A stretch of 64,000 nucleotides of DNA, from IMG/VR virus record IMGVR_UViG_2563366911_000001; one strand, 5' to 3'. This stretch comes from a virus (taxonomy: Duplodnaviria; Heunggongvirae; Uroviricota; Caudoviricetes). Shown piece by piece: positions 30,273 to 41,470 of this stretch. Position 1 is the first letter of the stretch, and each line of letters starts with the position of its first letter. The notes under the pieces were generated by a model. That model did no database searches, had not been told where the DNA came from, and saw only the letters and a list, made by a program, of their open reading frames with translations. The position numbers and the translations under genes are program-made.

Positions 30273-30482
30273 ATGGCTTTCATTCCACCAACCATCGACG
30301 ACGTTAGACATTGCTCTAACGCTTTATCTGTAGACCCCGCCGAAACCGACGCTGCCCGCGCCATTGCTGAACACTACTCAAAGATATCCAATCAGGAGTA
30401 CCGCATCACCCAAGACGACCTGGATGATCTCACTGACACAATCGAATATCTCATGGCCACTAACCAGCCAGACTCACAATAA
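30273..30482 (+). CDS. coi: Coi-like C1 inactivator
   Basis: 69 aa directly upstream of c1, downstream of operators. Confidence 0.5.
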   Translation: MAFIPPTIDDVRHCSNALSVDPAETDAARAIAEHYSKISNQEYRITQDDLDDLTDTIEYLMATNQPDSQ

Positions 30483-30592
30483 ATGCACTAATAAATCTAT
30501 TATTTTCGTTGGATCCTTCTATAATGGTGGCCAACAACTCCCAGTGTAATCCGCTGTGAGTTGTTGGCCATGTCAATTCTGGAGGAGGATCA

Positions 30593-31444
30593 ATGATAAA
30601 TTATGTCTACGGCGAACAACTGTACCAGGAGTTCGTCAGCTTCAGGGATCTCTTTCTAAAAAAAGCTGTTGCACGCGCCCAACACGTTGATGCCGCCAGC
30701 GACGGTCGTCCTGTACGCCCGGTTGTCGTTCTACCGTTCAAAGAAACAGACAGCATTCAGGCTGAAATTGATAAATGGACTTTAATGGCGCGGGAACTGG
30801 AACAGTACCCAGACCTCAATATCCCAAAGACTATTTTATATCCTGTGCCTAACATCCTTCGCGGTGTGCGTAAGGTTACGACTTATCAGACAGAAGCTGT
30901 GAACAGCGTCAACATGACCGCTGGCCGCATTATTCATCTGATTGATAAGGACATTCGCATCCAAAAAAGCGCAGGGATCAATGAGCACAGTGCGAAATAC
31001 ATAGAGAACCTGGAAGCAACAAAAGAGCTAATGAAGCAGTACCCGGAGGATGAAAAATTCCGTATGCGCGTACACGGCTTTAGCGAAACAATGCTGCGCG
31101 TCCATTACATTTCTAGTAGCCCTAACTACAATGATGGTAAATCAGTTAGTTACCATGTGCCGCTATGTGGTGTGTTTATCTGCGATGAAACTCTCCGTGA
31201 TGGAATTATCATCAACGGTGAATTCGAGAAAGCAAAATTTAGCCTTTATGACTCTATAGAACCGATCATCTGCGACCGCTGGCCGCAGGCAAAAATATAT
31301 CGCCTGGCAGATATTGAAAATGTAAAAAAACAAATTGCCATCACTCGCGAAGAGAAAAAGGTCAAATCAGCCGCATCAGTTACGCGCAGCCGTAAAACTA
31401 AGAAAGGGCAGCCAGTAAACGACAACCCCGAAAGCGCGCAATAG
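30593..31444 (+). CDS. c1: C1 primary immunity repressor
   Basis: 283 aa between loxP and pacB; the window carries 11 matches to its operator consensus. Confidence 0.7.
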   Translation: MINYVYGEQLYQEFVSFRDLFLKKAVARAQHVDAASDGRPVRPVVVLPFKETDSIQAEIDKWTLMARELEQYPDLNIPKTILYPVPNILRGVRKVTTYQTEAVNSVNMTAGRIIHLIDKDIRIQKSAGINEHSAKYIENLEATKELMKQYPEDEKFRMRVHGFSETMLRVHYISSSPNYNDGKSVSYHVPLCGVFICDETLRDGIIINGEFEKAKFSLYDSIEPIICDRWPQAKIYRLADIENVKKQIAITREEKKVKSAASVTRSRKTKKGQPVNDNPESAQ

Positions 31445-31468
31445 TTTCCATCCGGCATGGTCAATGAG

Positions 31469-32953
31469 TTATTCATTAAGCCATGCCAGAGCTTCATCAA
31501 CCTGCGCTTCGTCTTCGACGCTAAGCACTTCATCCTGGGGAACATAATCCGCCAGCATAGCGAAACAATATGTATCCCAATGGTCTGGTGAGTGCAGGTT
31601 GAGTTTTTTCTTCATATCCTCCTTACTCATCACCTTCCATTGACCTGCGGAGTTAATCCCTACAGGGATTTTCGACGCTTCCTCAATAGTTTCATTACCC
31701 TTATCCAGTCTCATACGACCAGATTTTACGGCCTCTGCGGCTTGAACGTTGGCATAAGCACGTTTATCAAAGTACAGGCTCTTATCTTCACGGCTATGCA
31801 TCTTTTTACCCCAGCGTATACGCTGTACGGTAATACCATAATACTCGTACATCAGATCCGCCGTTGCTTTACCCAGCCCATCGCCGTCTATCGCTATGGT
31901 GATATTTGGGAATCGCTCAGGATTACATTCTGCGAAAATTTTGGCGGCAAGCTGCGTTTCTGTAACGTCTGTGTATTCCAGCATTCGATAGTTGATTACA
32001 CGGCGTTTATTTCTCTGGCCGGACACCATCATGATATTGATAACGGACTTATCCCGTCCCGTACCACCAGCAACGTCCACACATGCAAGCCAGCCCCATC
32101 CTTTGGCAATCTTGACTTTCCGCCGCGTCGCACGTTCAACCTCATCACGTCCAAGAAGGAAGCCATCCTGTGATTTAGGGAATAGTCCGCGTACCTTAAT
32201 CATGTACATAGGGTTATCACGCCCGCCGTACTCCGCCAGCTTCATTTTGATAAATGCTGGCGTTACCAGCGGTGATTCCTCACTGTTAAGCGTGATCGCC
32301 GTATAAACGCCATCAGGGTTACCAGGACGCTTGGCCAGTTTATGGTGAGTATCGTAGAAATAGCCGCTTGGGCGTGTAGGCTGTGACAGTAATAAGATGC
32401 GGTTATCCTGTCCGGTAAGAGCACCGGTGATGATACCGAAAGCTCTATCACTGACACCGGAGGCTTCATCGATAATATACAGAAGATGATCTGCGTGTTC
32501 ACCGGCGAGAGCTTCTTCACTTCCCAGACGAAAGCCCTTCGGTACTACAGTCCATACACCTTTACCAGTAACCTCATAGAAAGCGGTTTCTGTCAGAACA
32601 AAATAATCAGCAAGCCATGGAAAACGGCTGGTGGCAGTAGCCCAGTTTATCTTGATGTACTTGAATATACCGGTCATTACCTGCTGAATTTTGTTCGCAA
32701 CGATAATGGCGCGGGCACCGGGATACATGATTATGAACAACATGATCATGATAGAAGTCATGTCTGATTTCCCGGTACCGTGACCAGACGAAACAGATGT
32801 CTTGCTACCCTGTTCCTGCACAGACTCAATAATCAGATCCTGCTGCCAGGTAGGTGTTTTGCCGAACAAAACATCAGCGGCAGCAATCCAGTCATAACGA
32901 TATAGCGCCACCAGCTCGCGCCAACGTGGATCCGTTACGCAACTTCTGGCCAT
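31469..32953 (-). CDS. pacB: Terminase large subunit (PacB-like)
   Basis: 494 aa directly downstream of the pac-containing gene. Confidence 0.7.
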   Translation of the reverse strand: MARSCVTDPRWRELVALYRYDWIAAADVLFGKTPTWQQDLIIESVQEQGSKTSVSSGHGTGKSDMTSIMIMLFIIMYPGARAIIVANKIQQVMTGIFKYIKINWATATSRFPWLADYFVLTETAFYEVTGKGVWTVVPKGFRLGSEEALAGEHADHLLYIIDEASGVSDRAFGIITGALTGQDNRILLLSQPTRPSGYFYDTHHKLAKRPGNPDGVYTAITLNSEESPLVTPAFIKMKLAEYGGRDNPMYMIKVRGLFPKSQDGFLLGRDEVERATRRKVKIAKGWGWLACVDVAGGTGRDKSVINIMMVSGQRNKRRVINYRMLEYTDVTETQLAAKIFAECNPERFPNITIAIDGDGLGKATADLMYEYYGITVQRIRWGKKMHSREDKSLYFDKRAYANVQAAEAVKSGRMRLDKGNETIEEASKIPVGINSAGQWKVMSKEDMKKKLNLHSPDHWDTYCFAMLADYVPQDEVLSVEDEAQVDEALAWLNE

Positions 32954-34146
32954 TAATCATCATCCCCGTATAGCTTGCGGGTAACTTCTTCGTCTTCCTC
33001 CTCGTCTTCGTCCAGGTCTTGTTCCAGCCATGGGTCGTTTGATACACCTTCAGTATCAACATCTCCATAACCGCCTGTATCAACGATATCGGCGATTTCT
33101 TCCCTACGCTGCTCAATCCACAATGCGGCATCGGCGCGGCGGTTGGCGGCCCGTTCTCGCGCAACTTTGTCCAGATCTTCAAGAGAAGGGCCACCGACGG
33201 CTGTTTGCCTTTCCTCATCATCGGTATTGGTCTTAGGAGCACGCAGATCGGCTTTGATTTGCTCCAGCATCAGGGGCGGCACTTTTCCGCCATGCGCCTC
33301 GATGAATTCAGCTGCTTCCAGCACTGACCAGTTATTTTCACGCTTTCGTTCGTATGCCAGCTTAACAATGCCAGCTTGCCCCATAGATAAAGCGTGCTTT
33401 TCCGCCTCCCGGCTTTCTTTTCGATAGTTATTCCGGATGCTGTAAATGGTGTTGATCAGGCTGCTTATCTGCGCGGAACAGCTGTTTAGCATGCTCGCGA
33501 TACGATATTCAGGCGGAGTCCCTTCATCATCGTCTTTTTGCTGATCGCGCATTTCCTGCACCAGACGAATACACGTATCCCTGGCGTTCTCCAGCATAAG
33601 GAGATGAGAAAGAGACTTTTCCAGAAGAGTGGTTTCCAGAACATCGGCCCCGGACCGACGCAACATAGCGCGCGCGGCCTTCCGCGCTTCAACGTTATCT
33701 ATCAGGTAATCGCCAGCTTCGAATTCAAAGCGTTCACCATCATCATCCAGGGTGTCGCGTTCCAGGCGATCACGTAAGGTCCGGTGGGCGCGGGTGATCA
33801 CGTCATGATCATCAGAACGATCATTTATGCGCTTATTTTGGCGCTTCGCATTCTCGACTGCGGCACTGACAACGGCATTAACCCTTTGTTTTTCCGCTAT
33901 TTCAGCCGCAATGTGATCACCTGCATGTTGATCATTAGAGTGATCAATGATCATGCTTTTTAGTGGCTTCCTGACTGGCTTATTTGGCTTGCGGCTGTCC
34001 GCTGTCCTGGTGTCTTCTTTGAAGGCACGGAGATAACGACGTGCAGTATTAGGGTTAAGATTAAACTCGGCGGCATACTGTGCGATGGTGTAACCACCAT
34101 CTCGCGCCAGGCGAGCAAAATTCTTCTTGTGATCGTCCCAGGTCAC
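32953..34146 (-). CDS. pacA: Terminase small / pac-recognition subunit (PacA-like)
   Basis: 397 aa; contains the pac hexamer clusters; acidic C-terminus. Confidence 0.75.
   Translation of the reverse strand: MTWDDHKKNFARLARDGGYTIAQYAAEFNLNPNTARRYLRAFKEDTRTADSRKPNKPVRKPLKSMIIDHSNDQHAGDHIAAEIAEKQRVNAVVSAAVENAKRQNKRINDRSDDHDVITRAHRTLRDRLERDTLDDDGERFEFEAGDYLIDNVEARKAARAMLRRSGADVLETTLLEKSLSHLLMLENARDTCIRLVQEMRDQQKDDDEGTPPEYRIASMLNSCSAQISSLINTIYSIRNNYRKESREAEKHALSMGQAGIVKLAYERKRENNWSVLEAAEFIEAHGGKVPPLMLEQIKADLRAPKTNTDDEERQTAVGGPSLEDLDKVARERAANRRADAALWIEQRREEIADIVDTGGYGDVDTEGVSNDPWLEQDLDEDEEEDEEVTRKLYGDDD
33795..33953. other. pac packaging site (7 TGATCA-type hexamers in two clusters)
   Basis: TGATCA at 33795 and 33806, CGATCA at 33818; TGATCA at 33914, 33929, 33941 and 33948. 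Confidence 0.8.
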
Positions 34147-34231
34147 TTATGCTTCCTTTCGTAAAAACTCTTTTTGACGCGAGGGTAACGAAAGTCACAT
34201 GTCAAAAGGCCCGGAACGGGCAAGCAATCAA

Positions 34232-34684
34232 TCAGATACGTGCGGATGTGGCATTACCGTAATGACGGTGCTGACGGGCCACCTTATTGAAAAGTTGACG
34301 CGCCATTACCCAAGGCTGGTGCTCCCGGCGTTCCTTTTCGTCCTGCGTCATATAGAGTTCGTTCTGGAGTTTTTCATCAAACCGGCGCGGAGCGCGGCTA
34401 CGGCGAAAGAATTCAGGATTCAGAGAGTGGATCTGAAATCTACGTGGGCGTGTACTGTCATCAATCAAAACAGACGAATACTTAGACACAGCGATAGCCT
34501 TTAAGCGCAGATAAACATCGCGCTTATCGACATCCAGATGCGGGTATTCCTTTTCAAGAATTGCTGCGAGTTCTTTCGCTGATAGAAGAGATTTAGTGCG
34601 GATCATGTAATCCGCAATCTCGTACGATGTTATTCGTGAGTGATTTATTTCCATGAAGTGGCGTCCCTGCCAGTTAAGTAACAT
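34232..34684 (-). CDS. lpa: Late promoter activator (Lpa-like)
   Basis: 150 aa upstream of pacA with a C1 operator about 70 nt upstream. Confidence 0.55.
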   Translation of the reverse strand: MLLNWQGRHFMEINHSRITSYEIADYMIRTKSLLSAKELAAILEKEYPHLDVDKRDVYLRLKAIAVSKYSSVLIDDSTRPRRFQIHSLNPEFFRRSRAPRRFDEKLQNELYMTQDEKERREHQPWVMARQLFNKVARQHRHYGNATSARI

Positions 34685-34754
34685 CCTGTCACCTACTGAT
34701 TAGCCCATGTCAACTAATCAACGTGGAATATAATACCCTCGATTAAAGAAATAG

Positions 34755-34771
34755 CAATACATTAGAGCAAT
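34755..34771. promoter_or_regulatory. C1 operator upstream of lpa
   Basis: caatacattagagcaat, 3 mismatches. Confidence 0.55.
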
Positions 34772-34772
34772 T

Positions 34773-35816
34773 TTATCTAACGCTCGACGAGTGACTTGTG
34801 ATAGCGCCGACTCCAAGCGCGTAATCAAAGAACAATCGTTGATGCATCGCCAGCCTACCGTGCGTCTTCTCCCAATTATCGCGGTCACGCTCAATATCAC
34901 GCTGGCATGACTGGCACAGAGGAATTGCGTAAATGTCATGCGCGCATAATCGACTATGACGAACGATATAAGGCGTAATGTGAGCGCCAGCTCCCGCCGC
35001 TCCACACCCACAGCATGGACGGGAAGCAACAAAGTCCATGTACTCAGGTAATTTTAGCGATTGCAGTTTTGGTATTTTGAAATGCGCCATGCCAGGGTCG
35101 GAGTCAACATCCACAGGGCATACTTTTTCACGCATCGGCGCGGCGCGTTCTTCCATCATCTGAACATATGCTGTAGCGCGATCGTCATACGGGCGAATAT
35201 CCGCCTCTTTCAGAGGTCCGCTATCCTGCGTTGCGGCTTTCATCTTATTTATTGATATACGGCAAACTTCTTCCGGCATCAGGTGCATCATGTTGCGCAT
35301 GAAAGCCCACCAGCACAGTTCCTGAATACTTAAATCATGGCCATCTGAAAGCCCCATTTCCTGACGGGCGACATCCAGTATCCAGTTAACGCGATTATTA
35401 TGCAGCGTTTCTTTCAGCTCATTAAAACCACGCATCCGGTAATGGTTATCGTGATGCCAGCACAACAACACCGCGCTATTGTCTCGTTCTGCGTGGACAA
35501 TATGGTTGTCACACCAGCTACGATCTGCGGCCTGGCATTGCCCCTCTTTCCTGCGCAACCACGCCACCAGCGCGTCAATTCCACCAATACGGCGAAACAG
35601 TTCATCGCTGTTAAAAAACGGCTGCAACGCCTCATTTGTTGCCATAGTTTGCTCGGAAACAACGAGGCCGTCGTCCATGTGCTCGATTAACTCACGCGGC
35701 ACCGGCTCCATAATAAATTTACGGCCAGCCTCCACCAGCTTTCTGACTTCCTGATCCACTTTGAATGTGGCGACGCCAAGCTCTTTTTGTACAAAGGGAG
35801 TAATTACGGCTTTCAC
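34773..35816 (-). CDS. Hypothetical Cys-rich protein downstream of doc
   Basis: 347 aa; C-terminal CCGCG...H...CQSC cluster. Confidence 0.5.
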   Translation of the reverse strand: MKAVITPFVQKELGVATFKVDQEVRKLVEAGRKFIMEPVPRELIEHMDDGLVVSEQTMATNEALQPFFNSDELFRRIGGIDALVAWLRRKEGQCQAADRSWCDNHIVHAERDNSAVLLCWHHDNHYRMRGFNELKETLHNNRVNWILDVARQEMGLSDGHDLSIQELCWWAFMRNMMHLMPEEVCRISINKMKAATQDSGPLKEADIRPYDDRATAYVQMMEERAAPMREKVCPVDVDSDPGMAHFKIPKLQSLKLPEYMDFVASRPCCGCGAAGAGAHITPYIVRHSRLCAHDIYAIPLCQSCQRDIERDRDNWEKTHGRLAMHQRLFFDYALGVGAITSHSSSVR

Positions 35817-35843
35817 ATCACACCTTTCATCACTGATTGGGCT

Positions 35844-36044
35844 TTATCTGCTGCCCGGCATTCTCTGTTTAAGCACAACCATTTCCTGACGGCATAACAC
35901 AGCAATAGCAGTCCTGGCTCCAATTTGCTTACCAACCAGGTATTGCTTTACCTCGCGGCGACTCACGCCATCAAGAAGCATCTTTAACGCTTCACGGGAC
36001 AATTTGTTGTATTTGCGTGCCATTAATCTACTCCGCAGAACCAT
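35844..36044 (-). CDS. Small basic protein
   Basis: 66 aa. Confidence 0.35.
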
Positions 36045-36408
36045 ACAATCTACGCAACGTGTCGGCGACAGAAGATACAGATATCTCGCCAGTCGCAGCG
36101 CCTACAGTAAGGTCTGCCAGTTCAGGTGAATCAAATACCTGCACCCCGTTACGGCGTAGAAATAGCAGCGCGCTGTTTAGCGCGGTACGCTTATTGGCAT
36201 CATTGAATATATGCCCTCTCGCTGTAGCCACCAGGTAGGTGGCGGAGACTTCGAAAAGGTCGGTGATCTCTTCGTAGGCAACTCTGGCCTGAACTCTCCC
36301 GATAATGGCCTCTGCCCTGCCCGGATCTGACATGCCAGGCAGGCCGCCGTAGCGGCTTATATTCGCATCATGAAGCGCAATAAGTTCTTCCGGTGATATA
36401 TGCCTCAT
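36028..36408 (-). CDS. doc: Doc toxin (Fic-fold EF-Tu kinase)
   Basis: 126 aa with Fic motif HIFNDANKR. Confidence 0.9.
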
Positions 36409-36629
36409 TATCGGTTAACCAGTTCCTTGTTGGTGGAGTCCAGGGTGTCAAACAGGGATGCAAATTCAGCATCCAGCGCCGCTTTTTTGTAGGCTTCGAA
36501 AGTAGCCTTGCTGACAATTACTGCTGGCTCACGGCCTCTGCGGGTGATTTCAACCTCTTCCCCGGCTTCAACATTGTTGAGCACTTCAGAAAGGTTGCCG
36601 CGCGCGGTACGGAAGTTAATGGATTGCAT
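36408..36629 (-). CDS. phd: Phd antitoxin
   Basis: 73 aa from [16 protein letters not shown], coupled to doc. Confidence 0.9.
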
Positions 36630-36701
36630 AAACACCTCGTGTACTCGTTATGTGTACACAATTATAAACCTCACAGGCATAAAGCACCAGCCCTTTGCAG
36701 C

Positions 36702-37091
36702 TTAAATAACCGGACAATCATCAAACTCCCCACTTCGGGCATCATTGATGACATGAGTGATCACACCAAAAACAGCATTACTGCCCGTGCATCCATCGTC
36801 ATCTACTGGTAACGCCTCTTTCTTCCCGGTGCTTAAATCCTCCAGGTGCTGGCGCGGATACTTCCTGTATCTCTTTATGCGATATTCACCCTCCATAGCG
36901 CACACAAGCAGCGAACCATCAACTGGAGTAAGCGAAGAATCAACCACCAGCAAAGCACCCTGCAATATTCCCTCACGGTGATGGCTATCAGCTGCCCGCA
37001 TGAAGTAGGTTGCTGATGGATGTCTAATTATCTGCTGATCAAGAGAAATTCGGCTTTCAACATAATCCGCCGCAGGAGAAGGGAAACCCAT
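36702..37091 (-). CDS. humD: UmuD-like S24 peptidase (HumD)
   Basis: 129 aa, LexA/UmuD C-terminal fold; LexA box upstream. Confidence 0.8.
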   Translation of the reverse strand: MGFPSPAADYVESRISLDQQIIRHPSATYFMRAADSHHREGILQGALLVVDSSLTPVDGSLLVCAMEGEYRIKRYRKYPRQHLEDLSTGKKEALPVDDDGCTGSNAVFGVITHVINDARSGEFDDCPVI

Positions 37092-37109
37092 AGCGTTTTA
37101 CCTCAAAAA

Positions 37110-37129
37110 TACTGTTTATCTGTACAGTA
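37110..37129. promoter_or_regulatory. LexA (SOS) box upstream of humD
   Basis: tACTGTttatctgtACAGta, CTGT-N8-ACAG. Confidence 0.75.
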
Positions 37130-37265
37130 TACATTAAAGAAGCACCTTTGGTGCAAACGCGTTATGTACATCAACCACCGCTGATGATTTTTGTGCGCTT
37201 TGCTACTATTCATCACCGCGGGATCAGCGTAACCTCGTTGCCAATCAGTTAATAAGGAATTAGCT

Positions 37266-37850
37266 ATGCCTAATCGCATTCCTCTCGATCCTGTATTGCC
37301 CAAAAATTTTGACTGCACTCCTAACGAGAAACGCTCTAAAGCTCAGCTGGACGCCTGGTGGGACCATCCATATGGGGTTACACAACCTGACGGGAAAATT
37401 GTAGTTTATTGTCTGAATGGTGGGGCGTGGGACCGTCCATCCGTGCTTTGTTTGGCAGATAACTATGATGAAGCCTGTGAACTTGCCGAAAGACAGCAGG
37501 CAAGCTGGGTAAAAACACGGTCTGAACCGACATTCATGTTTTCAAAAGAACCGCCATTTATACTGGCGAGGATGCCGCAGCGACCGGATCATCAACAAGA
37601 AATTGTTGCTGAATTTTCCTCAAGGGATGAGATGAATCTCTTCTCATTAAAGCAGGAAGAAAGGGATCGCGTCGAAGTGTCTCCAACTCTCGACCACAAC
37701 CGGATGAACCTGGCCCAGCTCGCCTGGTACAGCAAAGAATTAGAGATGTCTATTTCCCGGCTTGAAAACGAAAAAGCCGCTATCCAAGTCCAGCACGAAG
37801 TAGTTCTGAACCGGATTAGAGAAATGCAAAACGATAACAGGGGATTTTGA
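37266..37850 (+). CDS. Hypothetical protein
   Basis: 194 aa, divergent from humD. Confidence 0.5.
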   Translation: MPNRIPLDPVLPKNFDCTPNEKRSKAQLDAWWDHPYGVTQPDGKIVVYCLNGGAWDRPSVLCLADNYDEACELAERQQASWVKTRSEPTFMFSKEPPFILARMPQRPDHQQEIVAEFSSRDEMNLFSLKQEERDRVEVSPTLDHNRMNLAQLAWYSKELEMSISRLENEKAAIQVQHEVVLNRIREMQNDNRGF

Positions 37851-38207
37851 ATGGCTAAAATCGAGTACCATCGCGATCGCGGTAATTACCTGGAAATATA
37901 CGATCATGAATCTCTTAACGATATCAACGATGCGTTATATGAATACTGTGAAAAAACGAGCATCACAGATGCACCTGATGCATTTGTCGAGCTGCCGGTA
38001 TATCTCCGCGACATCTATGCAATACGAACACCGCCCGTATCGGTGATTCACATTGGCTATGTCCGCCTGTCCATCAAAGAAGATGAAGATCGTTATATCG
38101 TGCGCCACTATACATTGGACAGAAAAGAACTTCCTAATGAATGGAACATGAGTAATTTCTACAACGGTGAATATGGCTTAAAATCCGCTAATAATTTACG
38201 GTCATAA
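37851..38207 (+). CDS. Hypothetical protein
   Basis: 118 aa, start abuts the upstream stop. Confidence 0.5.
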   Translation: MAKIEYHRDRGNYLEIYDHESLNDINDALYEYCEKTSITDAPDAFVELPVYLRDIYAIRTPPVSVIHIGYVRLSIKEDEDRYIVRHYTLDRKELPNEWNMSNFYNGEYGLKSANNLRS

Positions 38208-39069
38208 TCTATACAGGCATGTATAACAACAATGAGCCTATTAGCTGTCAACAACGTTATTTTCTCAAATAAGAAAAAGCAGAAAACAAATTGTTTAAGG
38301 TCACAAATTGTGGCCTTGATGGAGGAGGGAGGCTTATTGGCTATGGCTAAAAATCAAATTAGACACTTCATGTTGCTGTAGCTCATCAAGATCCGAGGCC
38401 ACAAAACCTTTTCCGAAAAACTTCACAAGTAACTCACTAGCCGCATCATTGTCACCTATTACACGAAAGTCATACGGCAACGTCGCAAGCTGACGATGTA
38501 ATCCTGCTGAGAAAGTCGAATCTAACAGCGCCCAGAATTCCCACCGCAGGATAATACTCGCCTCTTAATACTGTATATATGTTGTTACGATATGTTTTTC
38601 TGTCTCTAAAAAAAGATGTTAATAGAATGCTAACCATTGAAGGGGATAAAAATATACAATTCCAACAAACGTTATTTTTAACAATTTTTTTCTTTGCGTT
38701 GACTTTCCCGGACACCTTGTCTGACCGAAGGTGCGCGAAAGCCACTTTTTCCTTCCTGAGTTATCCACAAAGTTATGCACTTGCAAGAGGGCCATTTTCT
38801 ACATATTGTGGTGGCTAACAGATGAAATGAATGTAGATTAATTGAAGATAAGGAGAAAATTTGAGATGCAATCATGACGTTAATAGATAGGGTCTGCATT
38901 ACAGACCCCACCCGCATCAAGGAATTAGCCGTTCCCTGATGTTTTTCCGAAAACATGTGCCGTAAGCTCACGTTAACGACTTTCATTCACCGAATCCAAC
39001 TATATAGGGGTTGGGTTTCTACGTCAACGTGAGCAAGTGCACCTTTACATTTGACAAGGAACCACCTGA

Positions 39070-39207
39070 ATGAACGCTTTTTTTCAGTTCCTGAGTGCAT
39101 TTTTAGATGCGCCTATTATTAGCCAGATTCTGGCTATTATCCTCATCATCGTTTTGATTTTGCTTTTAAGGTCAGTAAAAGATGGAATTATGCACTGGCT
39201 TACTTAA
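39070..39207 (+). CDS. 45-aa hydrophobic peptide (type I toxin-like)
   Basis: MNAFFQFLSAFLDAPIISQILAIILIIVLILLLRSVKDGIMHWLT, below the ORF-track cutoff. Confidence 0.4.
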   Translation: MNAFFQFLSAFLDAPIISQILAIILIIVLILLLRSVKDGIMHWLT

Positions 39208-39282
39208 TGTTTCAGTGAAACATTAAAATCTCCTTGATGTGGAAACAATCATTTTCTGTATGTGCTGGTGGGCACCTGTAGT

Positions 39283-39645
39283 TCAGCTTTCGTTGACATT
39301 TAACTTCGTCTTTGCTTTCTCCACCAGCAACTTCCAGATGCCTATTTCATTAGCAGCCGCCTTGATGGCGGCATAAAAAGCATCTTGCTGATCGTAACGC
39401 TGGATCTGTTTTTTCAGTTTTGCCTCCACCAATTTAATTTCATTACGTGCTTTCTGAAGCCGCATCACCGCCCGGTTACGTCTGTTCTTGTATAGCGTGT
39501 TAATCTCTGACAATTGTTTTAATTTGCCAGCCTGACTGCGGATTATCGCCTCCCTGGCTTCTGCCGTGCGTCTCATCTGATCTCTTAAGAGTTCACCGTT
39601 TTCGATAATTCTTTCAAGGTGTTTGATGTGATCTGCAACTCTCAT
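39283..39645 (-). CDS. Coiled-coil protein
   Basis: 120 aa. Confidence 0.45.
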   Translation of the reverse strand: MRVADHIKHLERIIENGELLRDQMRRTAEAREAIIRSQAGKLKQLSEINTLYKNRRNRAVMRLQKARNEIKLVEAKLKKQIQRYDQQDAFYAAIKAAANEIGIWKLLVEKAKTKLNVNES

Positions 39646-40316
39646 ACTTCACCCTCGCTTGTATCACCAGCGTCCACCAACGACAATAAAGCCCTGGCCA
39701 TCTTATGAACCAACAGTGCATCAATAATGCCAAGCGTATGCCCCGGCTTAATGTTTAATGCCGCCTCAAGGTGACACCTTTCCAGGTCACTTTTCTCGGC
39801 TTGTTTATGATGATCTGGCGTAATAACGTCGCCCAAAACACGGCTAATTCTTTCTCGTAATTGCTGGGTGCCAGCACACTTGATCGCTGTATCGTGGAGA
39901 CGGTTAACCAGTTCGCGATAAACATGCGGCTTAATGCGGATACGTTCACCGGTGACGCCCTTTCCTGGCGCTGGCACCGAACTATCCGGAATATCCGGAT
40001 AGTTGCCAGCCTCGTAAGCTACCCGCAGCCAGTGCATGAATGTTTCAGTGGACACACAACCACAGTCCACATCGATTTTTCCGCGTTGCTGTTCCAGCCA
40101 CTGCTCAAAATTCAATCTACACGTATTACTTTCATGTTGCTCTTTTTGTCTCAAGGCCAGCACCTGTTGGGCCAGTTCCAGAACGATACCGGGTGACGCT
40201 AACCTCTCAAATTCCAATAAATAGTTTGCGTCAGGATGACAAGTAGCCTCGCCTGCAAAAAATACCAATTGCTGTAAGTATGCTGTCGTTAGAGTAGTCA
40301 TTTCTTTTTGCGCCAT
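39642..40316 (-). CDS. Hypothetical protein
   Basis: 224 aa, ATGA-coupled. Confidence 0.5.
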   Translation of the reverse strand: MAQKEMTTLTTAYLQQLVFFAGEATCHPDANYLLEFERLASPGIVLELAQQVLALRQKEQHESNTCRLNFEQWLEQQRGKIDVDCGCVSTETFMHWLRVAYEAGNYPDIPDSSVPAPGKGVTGERIRIKPHVYRELVNRLHDTAIKCAGTQQLRERISRVLGDVITPDHHKQAEKSDLERCHLEAALNIKPGHTLGIIDALLVHKMARALLSLVDAGDTSEGEV

Positions 40317-40672
40317 TTCTTTTCACATTCCTTAGTCCATTTTTCAATGTTCATTTTGGCAATATCGGTCATTCCATCACCTAAGAAATACTTTCTCCGG
40401 TATGTCTTGCACTTAAACCACACTACAACAGCCACCAGCCAGAAAATAAAAGGCCATACAGCAATACCAACGACAGCCGCGATAAAGCCCAATATCCATA
40501 AATGAAGCTCTCCAACTTCTGTTTCCGGCAATATTCTTAAAGAATTAAACAGCAGGCTGAACGAATGGTCGTATGCATTGGCAGTATAAGACATGCAATC
40601 CATATAATTAAAGTCATAGCCTGCGGCTGCCGCCCATAATGGGCGGTCAAGAAAATGTTTTAGTGTCATCAT
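40298..40672 (-). CDS. Membrane protein with basic tail
   Basis: 124 aa, two TM segments. Confidence 0.5.
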   Translation of the reverse strand: MMTLKHFLDRPLWAAAAGYDFNYMDCMSYTANAYDHSFSLLFNSLRILPETEVGELHLWILGFIAAVVGIAVWPFIFWLVAVVVWFKCKTYRRKYFLGDGMTDIAKMNIEKWTKECEKKWRKKK

Positions 40673-40678
40673 ATAAAT

Positions 40679-40972
40679 TTAAGGTTCAGACCAGTTATCT
40701 TCAATAGCAATGCTTAATCTTTGTAGCCATTCTGCTAATTTCAGCATTGCTTCTCTTTCGCTTAAACCACGAGGAAAATCATCAAGCGAAATTGTTGGCT
40801 TGAATCCACCGTAATTATCCATTTCAACTGTCAGATTTTGTTCCAGCACGGTATTTCTTACGCGGCTATTGTGCCGGAGCAAATATACTGAGCGTGATTT
40901 ATTGGTTTTGTGGTCTAGCTTATATTCGGTAAGTATCATCTGGCTTTTGCCATGACTATTACCTCTCCACAT
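40679..40972 (-). CDS. Hypothetical protein
   Basis: 97 aa from MWRGNSHG with SD gagg. Confidence 0.45.
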   Translation of the reverse strand: MWRGNSHGKSQMILTEYKLDHKTNKSRSVYLLRHNSRVRNTVLEQNLTVEMDNYGGFKPTISLDDFPRGLSEREAMLKLAEWLQRLSIAIEDNWSEP

Positions 40973-40979
40973 ACTTACC

Positions 40980-41102
40980 TCACTTAATAAAACAACTCCA
41001 TGCGTAGTTGATGATTTTTTCCCACGCAATATAAATCTGCACTCCGGCAGTAAAACCAAAGCCAACAATTGCTGAAAAAATCAAAACATTTACTTTTGAC
41101 AT
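40980..41102 (-). CDS. 40-aa membrane microprotein
   Basis: MSKVNVLIFSAIVGFGFTAGVQIYIAWEKIINYAWSCFIK; stop 7 nt before the next start. Confidence 0.35.
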   Translation of the reverse strand: MSKVNVLIFSAIVGFGFTAGVQIYIAWEKIINYAWSCFIK

Positions 41103-41150
41103 TATAAATTTTCTCTCGGTGTCGTAGGTGATAGCACCATAATTGATAAT

Positions 41151-41384
41151 TTAGTGAGTTAGCAGTTCCATTTTTTTGATGATTTCCGCATGAGCATCAT
41201 CGTTATCAACACTTAGCTCGTTTAATGCTTCTCGCACTACATCAACTTCTTCAGGCTGAAAGAAGTCGTCGCGGTAATCACCAAATAGAACCGAAACCAG
41301 CCTGCCACCAGCAACATCAAGATTGGCGCTAACAGGTGGCTCTTTGCCATCCTCAAATTCGACTACAAAAGTTATTTTTCCCAT
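41151..41384 (-). CDS. Small acidic protein
   Basis: 77 aa from MGKITFVV. Confidence 0.45.
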   Translation of the reverse strand: MGKITFVVEFEDGKEPPVSANLDVAGGRLVSVLFGDYRDDFFQPEEVDVVREALNELSVDNDDAHAEIIKKMELLTH

Positions 41385-41386
41385 CG

Positions 41387-41470
41387 TTACCACCAGCGAC
41401 AAATTGAATACAAACCCAGTGCTGCCGCCATCACAATTCCTACCGTGGTGAATGCTTCAGGCCAGCTCAT
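41387..41470 (-). CDS. 27-aa membrane microprotein
   Basis: MSWPEAFTTVGIVMAAALGLYSICRWW; ATGA overlap with the upstream stop. Confidence 0.35.
   Translation of the reverse strand: MSWPEAFTTVGIVMAAALGLYSICRWW

Noticed and set aside
30310-30326. C1 operator half-site attgctctaac inside coi
   Set aside because: Only the left half matches (5 mismatches overall) and it lies within coding sequence
38470-38986. Three overlapping ORFs (79-102 aa) in the AT-rich gap
   Set aside because: Low-complexity products, mutually overlapping, no SD; the region looks regulatory or RNA-coding
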